This document shows positions 7,064-16,489 of a stretch of DNA of 32,000 nt, piece after piece. This DNA is from Coprobacillaceae bacterium. Lineage in GTDB: Bacteria > Bacillota_I > Bacilli_A > Erysipelotrichales > Coprobacillaceae. The stretch's first letter is position 1. Each line of letters begins with the position of its first letter. Where the stretch lies: the NCBI GenBank assembly GCA_963675515.1, contig OY776328.1, forward strand, positions 600,001 to 632,000, in the 5' to 3' direction. The position numbers and the translations under genes were made by a program. The notes below the pieces were generated by a model. That model was not told where the DNA came from and ran no database searches. It worked only from the letters and a program-made list of their open reading frames with translations.

Positions 7064-8410
7064 TCAGTCGACTTCGTTATATTTGGGGATGATACCTATC
7101 TTGTAGTAGTACCACAGGATAAGAACGACCGAAAGAGTCCAGGTCAACGGGTAGGCGAAATAGACTAGACCCAGATCGTGGTACAAGGGAACGATGACTG
7201 CCAGATAGGCCATCCGGATGACACACCAGCACAGGATGGTGATGTACATCGGTATCTTGGTCTTGCCGGCGCCCCGCAGGGCGCCAAGCAGGACGTGGGC
7301 CAGGGTCAGGATCGGGTAGAAAGGCATCATCCAGTGCATTTTCAGGATGCCATACATGATTACCTCATGGCTCTGGGTGAAAAGGCCGATGGCCTGGTAG
7401 CCAAAGAACCATACCACCGCAGAGAAGGAGATGATGACGACCTGGGCGAAAATGAGGGTTATCTTGATGCCCTGCTTGACACGGTCGTACTTCTTGGCCC
7501 CGATGTTCTGGGCGACGAATGTAGTTATGGCCATGGCAAAGGACATTACCGGCAGCGTTGCGAAGGCGTCGATCTTGCTGTAGCTTCCCGAACCGGCCAT
7601 TACCTGGGGACCGAAACCGTTGATGTTGGTCTGGACGAAGACATTGGAGAAGGAGACAATGCTGTTCTGGATGGCGCTGGGGATCCCGATGTCGACTATC
7701 TTCTTGATCATCTCCCGGTCATACCGGATCTTTGTTAAACAAAGGCTGTATTGGGGATACTGGCGAAACAGGGTGAAAAGAGTCAAGACGGCGCAGGCAA
7801 TCTGGGTCAGGGCGGTGGCCATTGCCACGCCAAACACACCCCAGTCGATCACGGTCACAAAGAACACATCAAGGATGATGTTCAAGAAACAGGTGAAGAT
7901 CAAAAAGTACAATGGCCGCATGGAATCGCCCAGCGCCCGAAGCACTCCGGTAATCAGGTTGTAGAAGACTACCCCGAAACTTCCCAGAAAATAGATCCGC
8001 AGATAAAGACTTGAAAGCTCGAGCACCTCGCCTTCGACATTCATGGCTTTTAGCATCGGATTGATGGCAAAAACCGCAAAAATCATCAGGATGACAGTAG
8101 TTATTATTCCGATCACAATCGAGCTGTAGATCGCCCTTTCGATTCTATTGTTGTCACTGGCGCCAAAAGCCTGGGAAATCACAACCTGACCACCAAGGGA
8201 AAGCCCCATGAAAGCGGCAATCCCGAAGTTGATGATTGGCTGGGTCGAATTGACGGCAGCCAAGGCGATATCGCCGATATAGTTCCCGATTATGTAAGTG
8301 TCGGTCGCATTGTATATCTGCTGGAAAAGGTTTCCCAAAAGAAGGGGAATTGAAAACAGCAGGATCTGCTTGAATATGCCTCCTTCGGTCATGTCTATCG
8401 CTTTATTCAT
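7064..8410 (-). CDS. MATE family efflux transporter
   Basis: 448 aa with about 12 hydrophobic helices. The N-terminus GGIFKQILLFSIPLLLGNLFQQIYNATDTYIIG is the typical MATE opening. A GGAGGTG SD is present. Confidence 0.88.
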   Translation of the reverse strand: MNKAIDMTEGGIFKQILLFSIPLLLGNLFQQIYNATDTYIIGNYIGDIALAAVNSTQPIINFGIAAFMGLSLGGQVVISQAFGASDNNRIERAIYSSIVIGIITTVILMIFAVFAINPMLKAMNVEGEVLELSSLYLRIYFLGSFGVVFYNLITGVLRALGDSMRPLYFLIFTCFLNIILDVFFVTVIDWGVFGVAMATALTQIACAVLTLFTLFRQYPQYSLCLTKIRYDREMIKKIVDIGIPSAIQNSIVSFSNVFVQTNINGFGPQVMAGSGSYSKIDAFATLPVMSFAMAITTFVAQNIGAKKYDRVKQGIKITLIFAQVVIISFSAVVWFFGYQAIGLFTQSHEVIMYGILKMHWMMPFYPILTLAHVLLGALRGAGKTKIPMYITILCWCVIRMAYLAVIVPLYHDLGLVYFAYPLTWTLSVVLILWYYYKIGIIPKYNEVD

Positions 8411-8540
8411 TTGTGCACCTCCAAAACAACGTCATGGAACCATTATATATCTTTTAAGGCTAAAAATGAATGATAAATAATTCTTTTTATACGAAAAACT
8501 GTCATTTAAGATTATTTCTTTTTCAAAAGTGGGATTTTTT

Positions 8541-8549
8541 TGGTATCAT
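8541..8549 (+). promoter_or_regulatory. Extended -10 element upstream of the HAD gene
   Basis: TGgTATCAT (8541-8549), 24 nt upstream of the ATG. The -35 is weak (TTTCAA). Confidence 0.4.
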
Positions 8550-8572
8550 GTAGGCACTAGAGGTGATAGCTG

Positions 8573-9352
8573 ATGAATAGAAAATATATATTTTTTGATA
8601 TCGATGGAACTTTGACTGATCATAAAAGCAAAAAGGTGGTCGATTCGGCTTTGGAAGCCGTGGACCGATTGAAAAAAACCGGTCATTTCGTGGCGATCGC
8701 AACCGGCCGGGCCCACTACAAAGCCCGATGGGTTTCCCAGGAACTCCGTATCGACAATCTGGTTGCCAACGGCGGCAATTCCCTGGTTGTCGATGGCAGT
8801 CTGGTCGAAAACGTACCCTTGCCCCTGGAACAAGCCAAGGCTCTGGCCAACCAGGCCGAGCAGCTGGGTTTTGGAGTCCTGCTTGCGCTGGACGACAGCG
8901 AAAATGTCTACGCCAAGAATGACCTGTTCTTGAAGCAGTTCGGGGACCGGAAGGAACCAACCAATTACATTTTCGATGAGAATCTTGATTTCAATGCGCT
9001 TGATCGGATCTACAAGATTTATGTCTCGATTCCTAAAGTGCAGCAGCACCTGCTTACAACTCTCGAAGGAGAGGGCCTGGGCCACTTGCGTTATCTCCAT
9101 GATTATCTCATTGTCCAGCCGGACAACAAGAAAAACGGGATTATCAGGATGATGGACCATCTCCAGGCTCCTATTGACGATGTAATCGTCTTTGGCGACG
9201 ATGTCAATGACCTGGTGATGTTTGATGCCCCTTGGACAAAGATTGCCATGGGCAACGGACACCACCTGCTCAAGGCCAGGGCTGATTTTGTGACTTTGGA
9301 AAACGTGCAGGGCGGAATCCATTACGCCTGTGAGTATTATAAACTATGGTAG
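8573..9352 (+). CDS. Cof-type HAD-IIB family hydrolase (sugar-phosphate phosphatase-like)
   Basis: Motifs YIFFDIDGTLTD (motif I), IATGR (motif II) and FGDDVNDLVMF (motif IV) are present. A GAGGTGA SD is present. Confidence 0.85.
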   Translation: MNRKYIFFDIDGTLTDHKSKKVVDSALEAVDRLKKTGHFVAIATGRAHYKARWVSQELRIDNLVANGGNSLVVDGSLVENVPLPLEQAKALANQAEQLGFGVLLALDDSENVYAKNDLFLKQFGDRKEPTNYIFDENLDFNALDRIYKIYVSIPKVQQHLLTTLEGEGLGHLRYLHDYLIVQPDNKKNGIIRMMDHLQAPIDDVIVFGDDVNDLVMFDAPWTKIAMGNGHHLLKARADFVTLENVQGGIHYACEYYKLW

Positions 9353-9360
9353 GTAAGAAT

Positions 9361-10155
9361 ATGAAAAAAGTAGACGGACATATGCATTTGGAGTATGGCG
9401 ATTTGTCGGTGGAATATGTTATGGAATTTGTGAACCGGGCCAAGGAAGTCGGTCTTGACAAGATCCAGATTCTCGACCATACCCATCGCTTCAAGGAGTT
9501 TTACCATCTTTATGACGATTTGCGGGAAATCGAAGTCCAACGAAAATGGCTCGACAACCCCCAATACAAGTTCCACAATACTCTTGATGAATTCATTGCT
9601 CTCAAAAGGGAAGTCCAGGCAATGGACCTGGGAATCGAAGTGGCCTTCGGTCTTGAAGTATGTTACGTTCCCGGTCAGGAGCAATTCATCAAAAACATCG
9701 TGGACAAATATGATTTTGATTTCCTGGTCGGTTCGATCCACTCTATCGATGGCCGGCTATATGATATGGGATTTTCTAAAAGCATCCTTTGGGATGTTGT
9801 CGACACCGACACCATCTACCGGCGGTACTACGAAATCGTCTTTGATCTGGTGAAAAGTGACTTGTTTGACCAGATTGGTCATGTCGACACAATCAAGATG
9901 TTCAACTATTACCCGACCTATGATCTGAGTGATACATACAAGGAGTTTGCCCGGCTGTGCAAGGAGCACCATGTGATTGTCGAAAACAATACCGGAGCGA
10001 GCTTCAGATATGGTCACAGTGATATCGGTCTGAACAAGGAATTGTTGAAGATCCTGCGTGACAACGGCAATGAGATGATCACGGCATCAGATTCGCATCG
10101 CCCCTTTGAAGTTGGCACCAACCTCGATAAAATATTCGAAGCCACCATGCTATGA
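9361..10155 (+). CDS. PHP-domain phosphoesterase, HisJ-family histidinol-phosphatase-like
   Basis: Metal-ligand pattern: DGHMHLE, DHTHRF, GSIHSIDG, GHVD, ASDSH. I prefer the ATG at 9361 over the ORF-track start at 9346. Confidence 0.8.
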   Translation: MKKVDGHMHLEYGDLSVEYVMEFVNRAKEVGLDKIQILDHTHRFKEFYHLYDDLREIEVQRKWLDNPQYKFHNTLDEFIALKREVQAMDLGIEVAFGLEVCYVPGQEQFIKNIVDKYDFDFLVGSIHSIDGRLYDMGFSKSILWDVVDTDTIYRRYYEIVFDLVKSDLFDQIGHVDTIKMFNYYPTYDLSDTYKEFARLCKEHHVIVENNTGASFRYGHSDIGLNKELLKILRDNGNEMITASDSHRPFEVGTNLDKIFEATML

Positions 10156-10168
10156 CATGGGGCTTTTT
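10141..10168 (+). terminator. Rho-independent terminator
   Basis: GCCaCCATG (10141-10149) / CATGGGGC (10156-10163) with one bulge, then TTTTT. The loop contains the TGA stop. Confidence 0.65.
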
Positions 10169-10323
10169 AATTTGACTATTCCGGCCAAATATAAATGCAT
10201 ATTTATATAAAGGCTAAATAATATTTTCTAATATCTATTTTTTCCATTTTTATCATCTTTTTACTTGCTTTTGTGTTTTGTATACAATAGAATATATACA
10301 TTAAATAAGAAAGGTGATAAACA

Positions 10324-11409
10324 ATGAACGAAAAACGTGTCTTAAATTTTAGTGCCGGACCTTCAATGTTGTCTGAAGTAGTGCTAAAAAGAGCTCAAGA
10401 AAATTTAATCAATTATCAAGATAGTGGTATGAGTGTAATGGAGATGTCCCATCGTTCGTCGTCCTATCTGGAAATTTTTGATAATACTAAAGCGTTACTT
10501 AAGAAAGTGATGAATATCCCGGATGATTACCAAATCGTCTTCATCCAAGGCGGGGCTACTCAACAATTTTCTATGATTCCTTTGAACCTGCTAAAAAAAG
10601 GCAAGGCCGACTATGTCGTTACCGGAGCTTTTTCTAAAAAAGCGTACCAGGAAGCATGCAAATTCGGAGATATCCATGTTGCCTACGACGGGAAGGCAAA
10701 CAACTACACCCATATCCCTACTCAGGAAGAACTTGATCTTCGCGATGATGTCGACTATGTGCATATTTGTGCCAACAACACTATTTTTGGAACTGAGTGG
10801 AAGTATGTGCCAAAAGCCAATGCTCCAATCGTGGCGGATATGTCAAGCAATATCCTGTCTAAACCAGTAAATGTTTCAGATTATGGAATGATCTATGCCG
10901 GTGCGCAAAAGAACATGGGAATCGCCGGTCTGGGAGTTGCCATCATCAAAGAAGACCTGCTTCAAGATGTAAAGGCTGACTGCCCTGTACTTCTTGATTA
11001 CAAGCTGATGATAAAGAATGATTCGATGTACAACACTCCTCCTACATATTCAATCTACATCCTAGGTGAGGTATTGAGATGGATCGATGAATTGGGTGGT
11101 TTGGAAGCGATGGAAAAAATCAACGTTGAAAAAGCGGCAATCCTGTACGATTACCTTGACCAGACTGATTTCTACAAAGCGGTCAGCGAAAAAGGGAACC
11201 GTTCATTGATGAATGTGACTTTCACTACTCCAACACCTGAACTGGACACACAATTTGTAAAAGAATCGGTAAAAGCCGGTATGACTAATCTTAAAGGGCA
11301 CCGCTCAGTCGGTGGAATCCGTGCTTCAATTTACAACGCAATGCCAAAAGAAGGCGTAGAATATCTTGTGGCATTTATGAAAAAATTTGAAGAAGAAAAC
11401 AAGGGGTAA
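10324..11409 (+). CDS. serC: Phosphoserine aminotransferase
   Basis: LNFSAGPSMLSEVVLKRAQE...SGMSVMEMSHRS and GAQKNMGIAGL (PLP lysine) are classic SerC motifs. Length is 361 aa. Confidence 0.93.
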   Translation: MNEKRVLNFSAGPSMLSEVVLKRAQENLINYQDSGMSVMEMSHRSSSYLEIFDNTKALLKKVMNIPDDYQIVFIQGGATQQFSMIPLNLLKKGKADYVVTGAFSKKAYQEACKFGDIHVAYDGKANNYTHIPTQEELDLRDDVDYVHICANNTIFGTEWKYVPKANAPIVADMSSNILSKPVNVSDYGMIYAGAQKNMGIAGLGVAIIKEDLLQDVKADCPVLLDYKLMIKNDSMYNTPPTYSIYILGEVLRWIDELGGLEAMEKINVEKAAILYDYLDQTDFYKAVSEKGNRSLMNVTFTTPTPELDTQFVKESVKAGMTNLKGHRSVGGIRASIYNAMPKEGVEYLVAFMKKFEEENKG

Positions 11410-11412
11410 CAA

Positions 11413-12573
11413 ATGTATAAAGTTAAATTATTGGACAAGATTTCTCAAAACGGTCTGGACCTTTTGGGAGAACAATACACTTATGATGCAGCGATCGAAG
11501 ACGAAGATGCGATCCTGGTTCGTTCATCATCTTTGCATGAATATGATTTCCATAAGCATCTAAAAGCTATCGCAAGGGCCGGTGCCGGTGTCAACAACAT
11601 TCCACTGGAAGAGTGCGCAAGCAAGGGGATTGTTGTCTTCAACACTCCTGGTGCCAACGCCAATGCGGTAAAGGAACTTGTATTGGCCAGCCTGTTCATG
11701 TCTTCACGCAAGGTAGTAGAGGCAATCAACTGGGCCAACACCTTGAAAGGTGAAGAAAACGTCGCGGCCAAAGCGGAAAAAGGGAAGAGCAACTTCGCCG
11801 GTCCGGAAATTTCTGGAAAATCCATCGGTGTTATCGGTTTGGGTGCCATAGGTGTCAAGGTTGCCAATTCGGCTTTGGATCTTGGAATGAAGGTTTATGG
11901 ATATGATCCATTCATCTCTGTCGAAGGTGCTTGGGCATTGAATACCCAGGTAATCAACACTGCAAATCTTGACGATATCTTCAAGAATTGCGACTACATC
12001 TCATTGCATGTCCCGGCTACAAAGGATACCAAAGGGTTCATCAACGCCGAATCGATCGCAAAGATGAAGGATGATGTTCGCATCATGAACTTCGCCCGCG
12101 GTGATCTGGTTGTCAATGAAGACATCCTTGCAGCTATAAATGATGGCAAGGTGGCAAAATACATCACAGACTTCGCAGCTGACGAATTGCTTCAGGTGGA
12201 AAATATCATTGTACTTCCACATCTAGGAGCTTCTACTCCCGAATCGGAAGAAAACTGCGCCAAAATGGCAGTCAAAGAAATTCGCGATTATCTTGAAAAT
12301 GGTAATATCACCAACTCAGTCAACTTCCCGCGCTGTGTTCAAGCCCGTGAATCAAAAGTCAGATTGTGCATCATCAACAAGAATGTGCCAAATATCCTTG
12401 CAAGCATTTCGAAACTGTTTGCGGACCATAATTTGAACATCGAAAACATGGTAAACCGTGCTCGGGGAGAGTATGCTTATACTCTTATCGACACAAACAA
12501 TGAGATCCGTGAGGACATCATTGAAAGAATCGAAGCAATTGACGCAATCATCAACTTACGCGTAATCAAATAG
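11413..12573 (+). CDS. serA: D-3-phosphoglycerate dehydrogenase with C-terminal ACT domain
   Basis: It starts 3 nt after serC. An NAD-binding GVIGLGAIG motif, HLGAST and a C-terminal ACT-like segment are present. Confidence 0.9.
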   Translation: MYKVKLLDKISQNGLDLLGEQYTYDAAIEDEDAILVRSSSLHEYDFHKHLKAIARAGAGVNNIPLEECASKGIVVFNTPGANANAVKELVLASLFMSSRKVVEAINWANTLKGEENVAAKAEKGKSNFAGPEISGKSIGVIGLGAIGVKVANSALDLGMKVYGYDPFISVEGAWALNTQVINTANLDDIFKNCDYISLHVPATKDTKGFINAESIAKMKDDVRIMNFARGDLVVNEDILAAINDGKVAKYITDFAADELLQVENIIVLPHLGASTPESEENCAKMAVKEIRDYLENGNITNSVNFPRCVQARESKVRLCIINKNVPNILASISKLFADHNLNIENMVNRARGEYAYTLIDTNNEIREDIIERIEAIDAIINLRVIK

Positions 12574-12609
12574 CGAATACCCCCAAGTATTATCGCTTTT
12601 CGTGGAAAA

Positions 12610-12633
12610 GTGTCCGTTTCGGGCGCTTTTTTT
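12610..12633 (+). terminator. Rho-independent terminator of serCA
   Basis: GTGTCCG / CGGGCGC stem with two G-U pairs, followed by T7 (12627-12633). Confidence 0.65.
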
Positions 12634-12743
12634 GTTGCCGGACTATGGGACAGAATATAAATCCCATATCGGCGGATGGGGACTTCATTGTCTGGTCTCA
12701 TGTCCATAACTTGATATTAGAGGTTTATCAATCGGCGATTTTT

Positions 12744-12752
12744 TGGTATAAT
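12744..12752 (+). promoter_or_regulatory. Extended -10 promoter of the ridA operon
   Basis: TGgTATAAT (12744-12752), 26 nt upstream of the ridA ATG. Confidence 0.55.
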
Positions 12753-12778
12753 ATGAAAAAAATAAGGAGGAATTTAAG

Positions 12779-13153
12779 ATGAAAAAAGCAGTAGCTACAA
12801 ATAAGGCACCAGGGGCAATCGGCCCATATTCTCAGGGGATAAATATCAATGACTTGTATTTCTTTTCCGGTCAGATTCCTTTGAATCCCGAAACTGGTGA
12901 AATGGCTCAAGGGATTGAAGCCCAGGCACATCAGGCATTGAAGAATGTGGCAGGTCTGTTGGAATCGCAAGGTATGGATTTTTCCAATGTTGTAAAGGCG
13001 ACGGTTTTTTTGGATGACATCAATGATTTCAATGCCGTTAACGAAATCTATGCCCAATATTTTGTGGAGCCATATCCTGCTCGAAGCGCGGTTGAAGTGG
13101 CAAAACTGCCTAAAGGGGCATTGATTGAAGTCGAAGTGATCGCTTCAAAATAG
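12779..13153 (+). CDS. ridA: RidA/YjgF family reactive-intermediate (enamine/imine) deaminase
   Basis: APGAIGPYSQG...SGQIPLNPETGE...PARSAVEVAKLPKGALIEVEVIA is the canonical RidA pattern. Length is 124 aa. An AAGGAGG SD is present. Confidence 0.92.
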   Translation: MKKAVATNKAPGAIGPYSQGININDLYFFSGQIPLNPETGEMAQGIEAQAHQALKNVAGLLESQGMDFSNVVKATVFLDDINDFNAVNEIYAQYFVEPYPARSAVEVAKLPKGALIEVEVIASK

Positions 13154-13154
13154 A

Positions 13155-14027
13155 ATGATGGAAAATATCACTGGATACACGCGGTTGCTGGGGGTATTGG
13201 CAAATCCGATCAGGCACTCATCATCACCGATCATGATGAACCATTCCTTTAAAAAACTGCAGATTGACAATGTTTATGTGGCCTTCGAGGTCAAGGAAGA
13301 TAATTTCGATGAGGCGGTAGCCGGACTCAAGGCAATTGATGTTCTGGGGTTCAATGTTTCTATGCCTTACAAGGAAAGAATAATGGCCAAGCTCGATGTT
13401 ATCGACGAATCGGCGCAACTGGTCGGGGCAGTCAACACTGTCGTGAACCGGGATGGTCGCTGGTTCGGGTACAACACCGATGGCTACGGATTTGTGGCGG
13501 CGGCCAATGACATGGACTGGGACATTGCAGGCAAGAAGGTCGTCATCCTTGGCGCCGGTGGGGCGTCCAACGCCATTGTCTGTCAATGTGCGCTCTCAAA
13601 GGCAAGCCAGGTTGTTGTGTTCAACCGTCCGGGGAAGAATTTCGATGCGATGGCGATCCGGGCGACCATTCTGAACGACAAATACCCGACAACAAAAATC
13701 GAAGTGAAAGACCTGAATGACCGTGATCTGCTTAAAAGCGAACTCGATGACGCCTATCTGCTTGTGAATGCGACAAGCGTCGGAATGGGTCAAAGCGAAG
13801 GCAGCAGCCCGGTTCCGTCTTCGGATTACTTCAATAATGACTTGAAGGTGATGGATATAATCTATCATCCTCTCAAGACAAGACTGCTTGAACAGGCGCA
13901 GGAAGCAGGACTGGAATATTGCAACGGCAAACGGATGGTCATGTTCCAGGGAGCCAAGTCTTTCGAATACTGGACCGGTCAGAATATGCCGACGGATTAC
14001 ATTAAAACAGTTTTGGGAATTGAATAG
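13155..14027 (+). CDS. aroE: Shikimate dehydrogenase
   Basis: Motifs NPIRHSSSP, GFNVSMPYKE, NTVV and YNTDGYGF are present, with a GAGGAS NADP-binding loop. Confidence 0.85.
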   Translation: MMENITGYTRLLGVLANPIRHSSSPIMMNHSFKKLQIDNVYVAFEVKEDNFDEAVAGLKAIDVLGFNVSMPYKERIMAKLDVIDESAQLVGAVNTVVNRDGRWFGYNTDGYGFVAAANDMDWDIAGKKVVILGAGGASNAIVCQCALSKASQVVVFNRPGKNFDAMAIRATILNDKYPTTKIEVKDLNDRDLLKSELDDAYLLVNATSVGMGQSEGSSPVPSSDYFNNDLKVMDIIYHPLKTRLLEQAQEAGLEYCNGKRMVMFQGAKSFEYWTGQNMPTDYIKTVLGIE

Positions 14028-14035
14028 GAGAATTT

Positions 14036-14626
14036 ATGAAAGAAATAGTGGTAGCCTCGACCAACGAGCACAAGATCAAAGAAATAAGCCAGATCCTCGA
14101 GGTTCTGGGTATCAGAGTTGTCGGGATGAACGAGGTGTTGCGCGCTCCTATGGATATCGAAGAGACAGGCACGACATTCATGGAGAACGCCTACATCAAG
14201 GCGAAGACTGTAAGCGACATCATCAATATGCCGGTCCTCGCCGATGACTCGGGTCTTGAGGTCGAAGCCCTCGACAATCAGCCGGGCATCTACTCATCCC
14301 GCTTCATGGGGGAGAACACCAGTTACGTGGTTAAAAACCAGTATATCATCGACCAGTTGAAAGACAAGCAAAACCGCAAGGCCCGCTTTGTCTGCGCTTT
14401 GTGCCTGGTTGTTCCTGGCAAAGAACCGATCTATATCGAGGAATATTTCAATGGCGAGATTGCCCATAAGATTGAAGGGGAGAACGGTTTTGGCTATGAT
14501 CCGATCTTCTACTATCCGCCACTGGACATGACATCGTCACAGATGGACGGAGCCACCAAAAACATCCACAGCCACCGGGGCAAGGCATTGGCCAAGCTCC
14601 AGGAAAAGATCAAGGAGGTCATCTGA
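14036..14626 (+). CDS. rdgB: Non-canonical purine NTP pyrophosphatase (XTP/dITP diphosphatase, RdgB/HAM1)
   Basis: VVASTNEHKIKEI, LADDSGLEVEALDNQPGIYSSR, GENGFGYDPIF and SHRGKA are RdgB signatures. Confidence 0.9.
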   Translation: MKEIVVASTNEHKIKEISQILEVLGIRVVGMNEVLRAPMDIEETGTTFMENAYIKAKTVSDIINMPVLADDSGLEVEALDNQPGIYSSRFMGENTSYVVKNQYIIDQLKDKQNRKARFVCALCLVVPGKEPIYIEEYFNGEIAHKIEGENGFGYDPIFYYPPLDMTSSQMDGATKNIHSHRGKALAKLQEKIKEVI

Positions 14627-15132
14627 TGAACCATATAGTCCTGATCCATCCGGCAATTCCCCAGAACACAGGAAACATAATGAGAACGGCGGTGGCGACC
14701 AACTCAATCCTCCATATCGTCAAACCGATGAGCTTCACTCTCGACGACAAGAAAATGAAGCGGGCCGGACTTGATTACATCGACAAGCTCGACCTGCGGG
14801 TCCATGAATCTTTCGAAGACTTCCTGGGGCAGGCAGACGGGGATTTCCATTTCTTCACCCGCTACTCCAATCTGTGCTACACCGACCAGACATACACATC
14901 AGATCGTGACCAGTATATCTTCTTTGGCCATGAACACGACGGGATTCCCAAAGAGATCCTGAAGGAATACATTGAGCGCTGTGTCCGGATCCCGATGAGC
15001 GGCAATGTCCGCAGCCTGAACCTCTCTAACTGCGTGGCATTGGCCATCTATGAGGTATTGCGGCAGCAGGATTTTGCCGGTCTGTCAAAAGTCGAAGTCC
15101 AAAAGGGCGAAGAATTCCTTTATGAGCTATAA
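14626..15132 (+). CDS. trmL: SpoU/TrmL-type tRNA (cytidine/uridine-2'-O)-methyltransferase
   Basis: HIVLIHPAIPQNTGNIMRT, FFGHEHDGIP and SLNLSNCVALAIYE are SPOUT/TrmL motifs. The start overlaps the rdgB stop (TGATG). Confidence 0.85.
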   Translation: MNHIVLIHPAIPQNTGNIMRTAVATNSILHIVKPMSFTLDDKKMKRAGLDYIDKLDLRVHESFEDFLGQADGDFHFFTRYSNLCYTDQTYTSDRDQYIFFGHEHDGIPKEILKEYIERCVRIPMSGNVRSLNLSNCVALAIYEVLRQQDFAGLSKVEVQKGEEFLYEL

Positions 15133-15775
15133 GAAAAGCGATTTTCTTCTGGCTGCTATATTGACTGTGTTTTTGATATCCGCCGCCATTGTCATCGCTG
15201 TTTTCGAGCCTTTCATTTTCAGGATCGATCTCGATCTGTACAATCTTGGAGCCCAGGTCGGTCTTGCAAGAGATGCGGTTTTGGAAAATTACCAGTCGCT
15301 TATCAAATATCAGTCGCTGCTTCACTCCGGGCCGTTGGTCATGCCGGATTTTGTGATGTCGCAATCGGGGCGGATCCACTTTGAGGAAGTCAAAAACATC
15401 TTTGTTGCAATCCAGTTGACTGCTTTGGCTACCGGTCTGGCCAGCCTGATCGGTGTCGCTTTGGCGCTGCGCAAGAGGGAATACCGTTTTTTGAATCTAA
15501 GCAGCTATCTGGTTGTGGTCATCCCGTCACTGATAGGGATTGTCGCTATCGGGGACTTCGACCGCACTTTTTTGTTTTTCCATCAGTTAGTCTTCAATAA
15601 CGACTATTGGATATTTGATGCCTCGACCGATCCTGTGATCGGGATACTGCCGGAGCATTTTTTCTATCATAAGCTGATCCTGATAATAGTTCTGGTTTTT
15701 TTATTTGCGGGCATAATGAAACTCGCATACCTGCGATTCAAAAGCAAAATAATCAAAGACAATGTCATTTCATGA
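15122..15775 (+). CDS. TIGR01906/DUF1461-type integral membrane protein
   Basis: ATG at 15122 (MSYKKSDFLLAAILTVFLISA) overlaps the trmL end by 11 nt. Four to five TM segments are present. RIHFEEVKNIF and FHQLVFNNDYWIFD...LPEHFF resemble the DUF1461 family. From memory, that family contains the lipoprotein intramolecular transacylase Lit. Confidence 0.6.
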   Translation: MSYKKSDFLLAAILTVFLISAAIVIAVFEPFIFRIDLDLYNLGAQVGLARDAVLENYQSLIKYQSLLHSGPLVMPDFVMSQSGRIHFEEVKNIFVAIQLTALATGLASLIGVALALRKREYRFLNLSSYLVVVIPSLIGIVAIGDFDRTFLFFHQLVFNNDYWIFDASTDPVIGILPEHFFYHKLILIIVLVFLFAGIMKLAYLRFKSKIIKDNVIS

Positions 15776-15824
15776 AAAAACTCCATTCCCTTGCAGACTT
15801 GCTGTTATGGGTTGGAGTTTTTTT
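15776..15824 (+). terminator. Terminator of the ridA-aroE-rdgB-trmL operon
   Basis: AAAAACTCCA (15776-15785) pairs with TGGAGTTTTT (15813-15822) around a structured loop. The T-run extends to 15824. Confidence 0.6.
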
Positions 15825-15849
15825 GTATCAAAAGGAAGACGTTGAACTG

Positions 15850-15879
15850 AAAAAAAGATGATCCCCAATGGAGATCATC
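15850..15879 (-). terminator. Rho-independent terminator of rbr
   Basis: On the minus strand, a GATGATC / GATCATC stem (15873-15879 / 15857-15863) is followed by T7 (plus-strand A-run 15850-15856). Confidence 0.75.
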
Positions 15880-15901
15880 AATAGTCAGATGTGTCAGAAT
15901 A

Positions 15902-16489
15902 TTATCCTTTGAAGAATGTCAACACTTCAAAGTGGTCTTGAGGGTGGGCACAAGCAGGACATTTAGAAGGCGCTTCTTTGCCTACGAAGATGAAACCGCA
16001 GTTGTTGCATTTCCACATGATTGATTCATCTTTTTTGAAGACAGTTCGGGCACGGACATCACCTAATAATTTCAAGTAACGGTCTTCGTGGAATTTTTCA
16101 GCTACAGCGATCGATTCGAATACAGTTGCAATTTCGTCAAATCCTTCTTCACGGGCAACTTTGGCAAAGCCAGGATACATATGAGAATGTTCTTCATTTT
16201 CCCCTGCCGCAGCGGCCACCAGGTTTTGTTCAGTTGTACCTAAAAGTACCGGATAAGAACCAGTGATTTCAATTGTTTCACCAGCCAAATCGCAGTTCAT
16301 GAATTTCATCAGTCTTTTCGCATGTTCTTTTTCCTGGTTGGCGGTTTCTTCAAAGATGTTGGCGATTTGCACATATCCTTCTTTTCTCGCGATTGATGAC
16401 CAGTAAGTGTAACGATTGCGAGCTTGTGATTCTCCACCAAAAGCATACATTAAGTTCTTAGCAGTTTGTGTTCCTTGTAAAGATTTCAT
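15902..16489 (-). CDS. rbr: Rubrerythrin
   Basis: ATG at 16489 (MKSLQGTQTAKNLMYAFGGESQARNRY) has an AAGGAGAA SD. A ferritin-like diiron domain (E..H motifs) and a C-terminal rubredoxin-like CNNCG...CPAC are present. Confidence 0.92.
   Translation of the reverse strand: MKSLQGTQTAKNLMYAFGGESQARNRYTYWSSIARKEGYVQIANIFEETANQEKEHAKRLMKFMNCDLAGETIEITGSYPVLLGTTEQNLVAAAAGENEEHSHMYPGFAKVAREEGFDEIATVFESIAVAEKFHEDRYLKLLGDVRARTVFKKDESIMWKCNNCGFIFVGKEAPSKCPACAHPQDHFEVLTFFKG

Noticed and set aside
7178-8014. Plus-strand ORFs of 87-186 aa inside the MATE gene
   Set aside because: They are antisense to a 12-TM MATE transporter with a typical N-terminus. Their products are Gly/Asp/His-rich low-complexity sequences without an SD.
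8546-9322. 258-aa ORF on the minus strand, almost as long as the plus-strand gene
   Set aside because: The plus-strand product carries all HAD motifs (DIDGTL, TGR, GDDVNDL) and has an SD. The minus-strand product is featureless. It is a GC-driven shadow ORF.
10169-10323. AT-rich 155-nt region upstream of serC as a possible T-box or riboswitch leader
   Set aside because: It is too short and too AT-rich. I found no T-box sequence (AATTAGGGTGGTACCGCG-like), specifier hairpin or terminator/antiterminator pair. The near-palindrome around ATGCAT is imperfect.
12634-12743. Possible riboswitch between the serA terminator and the ridA promoter
   Set aside because: Only short hairpins (ATGGGA/TCCCAT) are present. 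The region lies upstream of the extended -10 and so is probably not transcribed with ridA. I recognised no known riboswitch core.
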